Origin: Pseudomonadota bacterium
Lineage (GTDB): Bacteria; Desulfobacterota; Desulfobacteria; Desulfobacterales; RPRI01
NCBI GenBank assembly: GCA_043825875.1
Contig: JBDRRF010000114.1
Coordinates: 1 to 35,868 of the forward strand
Direction: 5' to 3'
DNA length: 35,868 nucleotides
Shown here in pieces: positions 28,760 through 35,868 of the stretch. The first letter of the stretch is position 1. Each line of letters begins with the position of its first letter. Position numbers and translations under genes: made by a program. The notes beneath the pieces are model-generated. The model saw only the letters and a list, made by a program, of their open reading frames with translations. It was not told the DNA's origin and made no database searches.

Positions 28760-29896
28760 ATGGCGTCCATGAAAAGAATAACGACAGTAATGAAGGCGGA
28801 ATTTCGCCATATTATACGTGACCCCATAAGCCTTATCCTTGCCCTTTTTATGCCCATGTTTTTGCTCTTTTTGTCCGGTTATTCCATCTGCTTTGAATTA
28901 AAAAATATGCCCGTCGCGGTTTTCGACATGGATCATAGCCGGGAGAGTCGAAATTATATTAAAGTGATCGATAACACCCCATTTTTTCATATCAAACATT
29001 ACCTGACCAGTTATGAGCAGGCAAAAGATTCATTGTCCAGGGGCGAAACCAAATGCGCCGTCATCATCCCTGCCGATTTTTCGCGCAGGATCAAAAAGGA
29101 TATTCCTGCCAACATCCAGATATTGGTCGATGGCTCGGAATTTACCAGCGCTCAGTACATCATTAATTACTTAAGCGCTATCAACGCTTTACATTCAGAG
29201 GAAATTGTAGCCTCTTTTCTTAAAAAGCGGGGAATTGCCACAGACCTTGAGCCCATCGTTCTTACCACACGATTTTGGTATAACCAATCGCTTCGTGGGC
29301 TTACTTTCATCATTACCGGTGCTTTCAGCCTGTCCATCATGGGCATAGTTCCCATGTTATCCGCTCTGGCTATTGTCAGGGAAAAAGAATCGGGTTCTAT
29401 CCAGCAGATATTCGTTTCACCCATCCACTCTTATGAATACATCATAGGCAAGATGGCTCCTTATGTAATCCTTCTGACCTTAGATTTCTATTTTTTGGTT
29501 GTTTTTGGACTATGGTGGTTTGAGCTTCCCTTGAGGGGAAGCACTTTTATCCTTGCATTGGCGACTTTTCTTATGACCTTTGCTACGGTAGCAATCGGTT
29601 TCTTTATTTCCACATTGACCAGGAGCCAGCTTACAGCACTTTTAATAGGCATTATTTTTACCCTGATGCCGGCTTTTATTTTTGCCGATGCCATCGCGCC
29701 TGTCGCAAACAGTCCTAAAGGATGGCAGTTTTATTCCTGCCTTTTTCCTGCAAGGTTTTACACCGGCATATGCCGGGCGCAGATTCTGAAAGGTTCCGGC
29801 ATTCTAAGCTACTGGGAAGATGCCCTGGCGCTTGTGATCTATTGCATTGTCATCTTCGGGCTTAGCGCCTGGCGGGTAAAAAACAAGCAGATTTAA
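28760..29896 (+). CDS. ABC-2 type permease (YbhS-like)
   Basis: KAEFRHIIRDP, DMDHSRESR, AIVREKESGS, multiple TM helices. Confidence 0.9.
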   Translation: MASMKRITTVMKAEFRHIIRDPISLILALFMPMFLLFLSGYSICFELKNMPVAVFDMDHSRESRNYIKVIDNTPFFHIKHYLTSYEQAKDSLSRGETKCAVIIPADFSRRIKKDIPANIQILVDGSEFTSAQYIINYLSAINALHSEEIVASFLKKRGIATDLEPIVLTTRFWYNQSLRGLTFIITGAFSLSIMGIVPMLSALAIVREKESGSIQQIFVSPIHSYEYIIGKMAPYVILLTLDFYFLVVFGLWWFELPLRGSTFILALATFLMTFATVAIGFFISTLTRSQLTALLIGIIFTLMPAFIFADAIAPVANSPKGWQFYSCLFPARFYTGICRAQILKGSGILSYWEDALALVIYCIVIFGLSAWRVKNKQI

Positions 29897-29910
29897 AGGA
29901 GAGATTAATC

Positions 29911-31038
29911 TTGGACAGGATTTGGGGATTGATTAAAAAGGAATATATACATTTCTATCGGGATCCGGTGGCGATGAGTTTGATTCTTTATTTTTATACA
30001 GCCTGTATAATCCTCTGCGGATACTGCTTCTTCTTTGATGCCAAGCACATGCCTACCGTTGTCTATGATATGAATCGTACTGCTGCCAGCCGTGAAGTCA
30101 TTGAAAAATTCTTATCAACAGAATATTTTGACCTGGATAGCTATGCCGCTTCCATGGAAGACGTCAAAAGCAGACTCGATAGCGGTAAGGCAAATGTGGC
30201 GTTGGTTATTCCTCCCGAGTTTACCCGCGATTTAGCGAAAGGAAGACCTGCTTACCTGCAATTCATCGGCGACGGCAGCGACGCCAACCAGGCCGGGCAG
30301 GGGGCCGGTTTTGCCAAACGAATCATCGGTGAATTAAACCGGGATATCATAATTAGCCGCTTAAATAATCGGGGGATAACTGTTTCCCATATACCCGGGA
30401 TTGATGTTAAGATAAGGGCTCTTTTTAATCAGGATCTAAAGAGCCTCTACTACGTAGTAATCTTTCATGTTGCCATAGCAGGTCTGGTCTCAGGAATAGT
30501 TCTTTGCTCCACAGCTGTTGTAAGGGAGAAAGAACGGGGCACTATCGATCAGATTTTAGTTACTCCCACCCGTTCCTGGGAATTATTGATAGCAAAAACA
30601 GTGGCTCCTCTCACAATAGGCCTGATTTCCAGTGTTTTTTCTTTTCTTGTTGTCTTTTGGTTTAAAGTTCCCATGAGAGGAAATCCTCTGACTTTCTTTA
30701 TTTTTATGGCCTTTTTTCTGATCAGCTCCGCTGGCATCGGCATAATGATAGGCAGTATCTGTAATAATATGCTGCAAGCTATACTTTTATCGCTTGCATC
30801 AACCTTCCCAAGCCTGTTTTTAAGTGGTGTCATAACACCTTTGGAAAATCTGTCGCCGTTTCTGCAGAAGGTAAGCCTTAGTCTGCCATTCACGCACTTT
30901 ATGATAGCCGCAAACAGCATCTTTCAGAAGGGCAATGGTTTCGATGTTCTTTGGCCTCAGGCTTTAATACTAATTGGGATGGGAGCAGGATATTTGTCTA
31001 TCGGATGTTTTTTGACCTGGCGGCAATGGAAACAGTAG
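29911..31038 (+). CDS. ABC-2 type permease (YbhR-like)
   Basis: AAGGAG RBS plus TTG; KKEYIHFYRDP, VVREKERGTIDQILVTP, LSGVITP. Confidence 0.9.
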   Translation: MDRIWGLIKKEYIHFYRDPVAMSLILYFYTACIILCGYCFFFDAKHMPTVVYDMNRTAASREVIEKFLSTEYFDLDSYAASMEDVKSRLDSGKANVALVIPPEFTRDLAKGRPAYLQFIGDGSDANQAGQGAGFAKRIIGELNRDIIISRLNNRGITVSHIPGIDVKIRALFNQDLKSLYYVVIFHVAIAGLVSGIVLCSTAVVREKERGTIDQILVTPTRSWELLIAKTVAPLTIGLISSVFSFLVVFWFKVPMRGNPLTFFIFMAFFLISSAGIGIMIGSICNNMLQAILLSLASTFPSLFLSGVITPLENLSPFLQKVSLSLPFTHFMIAANSIFQKGNGFDVLWPQALILIGMGAGYLSIGCFLTWRQWKQ

Positions 31039-31044
31039 GTCTTT

Positions 31045-31374
31045 ATGATACAATTGTTTAGAAGTAAATATCTTTTAAGAATATTATTTATCTTCATTAT
31101 CTTCATAGCTCTTTATATTTACAACGATTATATTTCTACAGATTATCGCAACTCGAAAGATACTCAGATGCGTATGGCTGTAGTAGAAACTATAGGCGGG
31201 CCGGCTATCCCGATAATCGCTCAATGCTGTACCTCAAGAAATCTTACAGAAGGCATATATGCCCGCCGCAGCGATTTGCCCGGAGGATTCTGTTTCCATT
31301 CCGATTGTGATGTTGTTGCAACACCTGGGTTAAGCTATGAAAAGGTGTTTACCCTGAAGGTTATAAAGAAATGA
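31045..31374 (+). CDS. Small membrane-anchored Cys-rich hypothetical protein
   Basis: N-terminal TM; QCCTSRN..DLPGGFCFHSDC; starts 6 nt after the previous stop and overlaps the next start. Confidence 0.75.
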   Translation: MIQLFRSKYLLRILFIFIIFIALYIYNDYISTDYRNSKDTQMRMAVVETIGGPAIPIIAQCCTSRNLTEGIYARRSDLPGGFCFHSDCDVVATPGLSYEKVFTLKVIKK

Positions 31375-32564
31375 ATAATATGGTCAAACACATAAACCTT
31401 TTGTTGATGGCATATCAAAATATTATCCGCTACAGAGGAAAATCTCTTGCTATATTAATTCCTTTAATTCTGGTTATGGCTACTGCTTCTTTTATGATGT
31501 TTACAAGAGGCGGCTTTGTAAAAGATGCGCAAACAGCAAAAAATTTTCTTCCTGATATAACCGTTCAGGCAATAGAAGCCGGACGGGTGGGGAAAATATC
31601 CTTGGAAATAAAAACTAAGATTGAAAAAATACCCCATGTGAAGAAGGTTATTGCCAGGATATGGGGGTATCTTCCCTTAAAGATAGGATCAGTTGACACA
31701 GCCTATACCCTTATGGGTCTGGATCTTGACAACCTGTCGTACAGCTCTAAATTGCCCTGGGCAATTGAAAAAGGCGCTTTTCTTGTAGCCGGTGATCGCA
31801 GTAAAGCTGTACTGGGTTCCGGAGTAGCATTAAGTTTTAACGCCGATGTTGGAGACAAACTTCAAATCGAAGATACTCTGGGTAATAAGGGCGAATTTGA
31901 GGTGGTTGGAATTTTTAACAACACAGTACAAATTTACAGTACAGACCTGATCATTGTATCTATAGATGATGCTAAAGAATTTTTTAACTATGACAAAGAT
32001 GAGGCATCCGATCTTCTTGTATATGCGGATAATCAGCAAAACGCCGATTTGATCGCAGGGGAAATTGTTGGCCGTTTTAGAAATACAAGAGTATTAACGG
32101 GTAAGGCGCTTACCAATCTGGTAAAGGAGGCTTTTGGACGCCGGGGAGGAACTTTTCAGGCTATGTGGCTGATACTGCTTGTAGCCATACTACTTTTGGT
32201 CTGGGCGCAATCAGCGCACATAAGTGTAGATATGAGTAAAGAAATTGGAATACTAAAAGCTGTAGGGTGGCAGACAGGAGAAATCATTGAGATGAAAATG
32301 ATGGAATCCCTTATTCTTGGTATAGGAGGAACATCTGCCGGAATTCTTGCCGGGTTTGTCTATGCTCTGATGGGTACACCGGGAATATCAGGCTACTGTT
32401 TAGGTTGCGCCAGTATTTATCCAAAATTTCCTGTTCCTGTAAACTGTGATTTTATGTCCGTTATACTTCTTTTTATTCTGGGAGTACTGCCCCTAACGGC
32501 AATAAGCGCAATCCCTGCATGGCTGGCCGGGGTTGTCGATCCGGATGATACTATAAGGAAATAG
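31371..32564 (+). CDS. FtsX/MacB-type (type VII) ABC permease
   Basis: MAYQNIIRYRGK, 1 TM + periplasmic domain + 3 TM, KEIGILKAVGW, IPAWLAGVVDP. Confidence 0.9.
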   Translation: MNNMVKHINLLLMAYQNIIRYRGKSLAILIPLILVMATASFMMFTRGGFVKDAQTAKNFLPDITVQAIEAGRVGKISLEIKTKIEKIPHVKKVIARIWGYLPLKIGSVDTAYTLMGLDLDNLSYSSKLPWAIEKGAFLVAGDRSKAVLGSGVALSFNADVGDKLQIEDTLGNKGEFEVVGIFNNTVQIYSTDLIIVSIDDAKEFFNYDKDEASDLLVYADNQQNADLIAGEIVGRFRNTRVLTGKALTNLVKEAFGRRGGTFQAMWLILLVAILLLVWAQSAHISVDMSKEIGILKAVGWQTGEIIEMKMMESLILGIGGTSAGILAGFVYALMGTPGISGYCLGCASIYPKFPVPVNCDFMSVILLFILGVLPLTAISAIPAWLAGVVDPDDTIRK

Positions 32565-32568
32565 ATTT

Positions 32569-32812
32569 AAGGTGCAAGGAGAAAGGTACAAGGCAAAAAG
32601 AAGATATCGGGGTGAAGCAAACTTCAAATTACAAGCACCAAATCACAAATAAATCTCAATAAACAAATATTAAATTCAAAACGATATATAAATTAGAAAG
32701 TTTTATTTTGCATTTTGATTGTCTATAATTGTTTGATATTTGAAGTTTACTTTTTTTGGGATTTAATGTTTTGGTTATTATTTGTGATTTGCATTTTGTG
32801 ATTTGGGATTTT
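32569..32812. repeat. Heptamer-periodic, strand-asymmetric inverted-repeat spacer
   Basis: AAGGTGC AAGGAGA AAGGTAC AAGGCAA, then AAACTTC AAATTAC AAGCACC AAATCAC...; perfect IRs 32639-32652/32778-32791 (14 bp) and 32619-32629/32738-32748 (11 bp). Confidence 0.7.
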
Positions 32813-32852
32813 ATTAGATTGTTTGTGAGTTGTTAAGGGAAAAGGTAATAGA

Positions 32853-33533
32853 TTGTTTATGATCAGGCTTGAAAATGTAAATAAAAACTACCGGTCAGGA
32901 AAGGTTAAAATCAAAGCCCTTGATAATGTTTCTCTTGAAATAAAACAGGGAGAATTTGTCGTGCTAAACGGCCCTTCAGGCTCAGGAAAGACAACATTTT
33001 TAAACATAACCGGCTGTTTAACAAGAATTTCAAGCGGGCGGCTCTTTCTGGCAGACCGTGAGATATCGCATTTTCCCGATCATTTTTTATCAGCTATAAG
33101 AAGAGAAAAATTCGGTTTTATTTTTCAGCAATTCAACTTAATTTCCGGATACACTACCTGGGAAAATGTTTCCATTCCCCTTTTACCAATGGGATTTTCT
33201 GAAAAAGACAGAAAAGCAAAAGCCATAAAATTGCTTGAAGACTTAAATCTTGAGACCAGAGCGGATTTTTTCGCAAATGAGTTAAGCGGCGGTGAGCAGC
33301 AGCGGGCAGCAATTGCCCGGGCACTGATTAATAATCCTGAAATTATTTTAGCAGATGAGCCTCTTTCCAATATAGATATTGAAAATGCCGGAATAGTAAT
33401 AGATGTTTTGGAAAAACTGAAAAAAAAAGGGATAACAATAATTATATCTTTTCATGATTCGCAACCGCAGATTGCAAAATTAATTGACCGAATAGTATAT
33501 TTTGATTCCGGCAAAATATCTTCACAAAAATAA
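32853..33533 (+). CDS. ABC ATP-binding protein (LolD/MacB-NBD-like)
   Basis: GPSGSGKTT, GFIFQQFNL, LSGGEQQR, LADEP; start may be the ATG at 32859. Confidence 0.93.
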   Translation: MFMIRLENVNKNYRSGKVKIKALDNVSLEIKQGEFVVLNGPSGSGKTTFLNITGCLTRISSGRLFLADREISHFPDHFLSAIRREKFGFIFQQFNLISGYTTWENVSIPLLPMGFSEKDRKAKAIKLLEDLNLETRADFFANELSGGEQQRAAIARALINNPEIILADEPLSNIDIENAGIVIDVLEKLKKKGITIIISFHDSQPQIAKLIDRIVYFDSGKISSQK

Positions 33534-33548
33534 TAGCGCAAATGGCTT

Positions 33549-34568
33549 ATGATTATAAACAATTTTATAATTACTTATCTCGTATGTTCATTTACCTCCG
33601 TCTTCATTGGACTTGTTGCTGCATTTAACGGATTTTATGTCTGGAAAAAATGGGACATCAACAGCCATGCGGATGAACAATATCTTTTGGAAAAAAGAGT
33701 TTATCTTCTTATTACCATATTATCTATAGGATTTTTCATAAGGCTTTTGATGGTACCCTTATGGTTTTATAGTCTGCACAGCATGATAATTTCGATTCCA
33801 GGAGCTATGTGTCTTGTGGGAGTGCATAATGTTAATGCTTCCTTGTCCTATATTGCAAGCACTCTAAAACTGGTTCTTCCGGCCTTATACGGGTATTGGT
33901 TAATCTTAAACTTTTTAGACCGTCAGGCAGAATCCCAGCCTTTTATGAAACAAAAACTGTTTTTTATCGCGCCTCTGGGAATCTTAATACTTCTGGAAAC
34001 TATTTTCGATATTTCATTTTTCTTTTCCAACCCACCACGTCAGGTGTCTTGTTGCACATCTCTTTTTGACATTCCAAGGCAAAACATTCCTTCAATAGTA
34101 TCACAATCTACATGGACGTGGCTTATCCTGTTTTATATACTTATGCTGTTTATTATTTTGGGAATAATATATTTTTTTATTGCTCATAATAAAAGTAAAA
34201 ATTCCGGTCGCAATTGGTGGTTTGGAAATAAAACGGTTATGCTTTGTGAAACATTTTTGGCAACATCCGCCTTTGTTGTATTTATTCTTGCATTGCACAC
34301 TAAAATAAGCTCTCTGTTTCTCAAACTTCCTTTTCATCATTGTATATTTTGTCTTGGCCAAAAAGTATGGGATGCTCTGCTTTCTTTCATTATGATATTT
34401 GTTGGGCTTGCACTTTTTATAATATATTTCTGGGTTGTTTGTTCAAAAAACTACAGAAATGTTAACTCCACCTTAAGTAAAAAAATGGTTAAATTATTAA
34501 AATGGTCCGGTTATTTGATAGCCGGAGGTCTGGCCATTCTCTCAATTCATTTGGTTTTGGCTATTTAG
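33549..34568 (+). CDS. Polytopic membrane protein with Cys/His loops, function unknown
   Basis: About 8 hydrophobic segments; loops IPGAMCLVGVH, VSCCTSLF, HHCIFCL. Confidence 0.85.
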   Translation: MIINNFIITYLVCSFTSVFIGLVAAFNGFYVWKKWDINSHADEQYLLEKRVYLLITILSIGFFIRLLMVPLWFYSLHSMIISIPGAMCLVGVHNVNASLSYIASTLKLVLPALYGYWLILNFLDRQAESQPFMKQKLFFIAPLGILILLETIFDISFFFSNPPRQVSCCTSLFDIPRQNIPSIVSQSTWTWLILFYILMLFIILGIIYFFIAHNKSKNSGRNWWFGNKTVMLCETFLATSAFVVFILALHTKISSLFLKLPFHHCIFCLGQKVWDALLSFIMIFVGLALFIIYFWVVCSKNYRNVNSTLSKKMVKLLKWSGYLIAGGLAILSIHLVLAI

Positions 34569-34605
34569 AACAACGGATAAACAATATGATGTTCATGGAG
34601 GTATT

Positions 34606-35112
34606 ATGATGAAGAAATTTATATTTTATTTAACAATATGTATAATATTTTGTATTACCATGTCAGGGCTTTTATTAGCGCAAGATGATGTTCAAAAATA
34701 CAAATCATGCAAATACTGTAGTATGGACAGGGAAAAGTTCGCCCATAGCAGAATTTTTATTGAGTACGACGATAGTACAACGGAAGGAACATGCAGCCTA
34801 CATTGTGCCGCTATTGACTTTGCAATAAACATAGATAAGTTGCCTGAAACAATTTGGGTTGGAGATTATAATTCAAAAAATCTTATAGATGCACAAAAAG
34901 CTTTCTGGGTAATCGGCGGAAGCAAAACCGGTGTTATGACTAAAAGAGCAAAATGGGCATTCATATATGAAAAAGACGCAAAAAATTTTATTAAAGAAAA
35001 CGGTGGAAAGCCAGCCACATTCGATGAAGCAATAAAAGCTGTATATGAAGATATGTATCAAGATACAAAAATGGTACGGAAGATGAGAAAATTAAAGAAA
35101 ATGATCAAATAG
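34606..35112 (+). CDS. NosL-like periplasmic metal-binding protein
   Basis: GGAGG RBS; signal peptide; CKYCSMD, CSLHC, WVGDY, IDAQKAFWV, GVM..WAF..F..ENGG. Confidence 0.82.
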   Translation: MMKKFIFYLTICIIFCITMSGLLLAQDDVQKYKSCKYCSMDREKFAHSRIFIEYDDSTTEGTCSLHCAAIDFAINIDKLPETIWVGDYNSKNLIDAQKAFWVIGGSKTGVMTKRAKWAFIYEKDAKNFIKENGGKPATFDEAIKAVYEDMYQDTKMVRKMRKLKKMIK

Positions 35113-35125
35113 TAGGGAATAATAT

Positions 35126-35593
35126 ATGAAAATTAAAACTATCATGGCTTTGATTATTGTAATTATTCTTTTTCCGGTTTTTATTGTTCAGGCATCCGAA
35201 CGTTGTATCATGTGTGGTATGGATGCTTTAAAAAGTGAAACGAAATTTATAATCGAGATAACCGAAGGCAACAAAGAGATTTCTTCCGGTAAATATTCTT
35301 TATGCTGTTTACACTGCTTAGTTATTTTAAAGGCAAGAATACCTGAAGGTAAAATCGGTTCAATTCTTGCCCGTGATTATGACACTGTTACGGGAAAATA
35401 TGACAGCGGCAAAATGATTGATGCCAAAAAGGCTTTTTATCTTGTGGAAAGCAATTCACGCCCAAAAGGATCAATGGTTCCGTTTATGTTGATTTTTTCA
35501 TCTGAAAGCACAGCAGAAAAATATAAAAAAGTATACGGCGGTAAAATATTTAACTGGACAGATATTTGGAAATATACAGAATCTATCCAGTAA
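35126..35593 (+). CDS. NosL-like periplasmic metal-binding protein
   Basis: Signal peptide (VQA/SE); CIMCGMD, CCLHC, RDY, IDAKKAFYLV, GSM..F..YGG. Confidence 0.78.
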   Translation: MKIKTIMALIIVIILFPVFIVQASERCIMCGMDALKSETKFIIEITEGNKEISSGKYSLCCLHCLVILKARIPEGKIGSILARDYDTVTGKYDSGKMIDAKKAFYLVESNSRPKGSMVPFMLIFSSESTAEKYKKVYGGKIFNWTDIWKYTESIQ

Positions 35594-35763
35594 TATAATT
35601 TTTCTTGACTTTGCCGGACAAATAACCGAGAACAAAAAAATTCTATACAGCCTACTATAAAAACAGTGTTTATTAGACTGATTGCTTAAATATGTAAAAT
35701 ATACCTTATTAATAAGTAAACAGCTTTGTTAATCAAAAAAACAACCTGAAAGGAGAGGAAATT

Positions 35764-35868
35764 ATGTCAAAATATGATGTAATCGTAGCAGGAGGGGGCC
35801 ATAACGGATTAATGGCCGGGTCTTATCTTGCGAAAGCAGGGCTTAATGTGTGTGTAGTTGAGCATCAG
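35764..35868 (+). CDS. FAD-dependent oxidoreductase, phytoene-desaturase-like (truncated by window end)
   Basis: AAGGAGAGG RBS; MSKYDVIVAGGGHNGLMAGSYLAKAGLNVCVVEHQ dinucleotide-binding start. Confidence 0.8.
   Translation, partial: MSKYDVIVAGGGHNGLMAGSYLAKAGLNVCVVEHQ

Noticed and set aside
32569..32812. CRISPR array
   Set aside because: No identical 25-45 bp repeats with unique spacers and no cas genes; the units are degenerate 7-mers.
34606..35593. Nitrous oxide reductase (nos) cluster
   Set aside because: No nosZ, nosD or nosR in the window, and the adjacent ABC permease is FtsX-type, not NosY; the nosL symbol was withheld.

Overview
AT-rich bacterial chromosome segment whose gene content suggests a Desulfobacterales-like deltaproteobacterium (inference). 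Housekeeping blocks: clpS-clpA-aat (clpA broken by one extra base in an A10 run), thioesterase plus Cache-type hybrid kinase, hflX, suhB plus a small Cys-rich ORF, tRNA-Sec (selC), M20 peptidase-larC-ndh, a cupin and a PAS hybrid kinase. An accessory islet of about 7 kb (10.35-17.24 kb) lies downstream of the selC 3' end. It holds an internally deleted cysK relic, an XRE regulator, an internally deleted ISAs1 relic, a secreted tannase/feruloyl-esterase-family enzyme lacking both cysteines of the CS-D-HC motif, a glycosyltransferase with a membrane protein, and a secreted-protein gene bounded by degraded attC-like sites. Three copies of a ~142-bp MITE (17-bp TIRs, 4-bp TSDs) are present. The last 11.4 kb is one same-strand cluster behind a sigma-54-like promoter: TolC/HlyD/YbhFSR-type exporter, then an uncharacterised Cys/His-rich module (small CC protein, FtsX/MacB permease, ATPase, Cys/His-motif membrane protein, two NosL-like proteins) with no nosZ in the window. 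This module is the best candidate for an undescribed metal-handling system. All calls are by eye from motifs; no searches were run.
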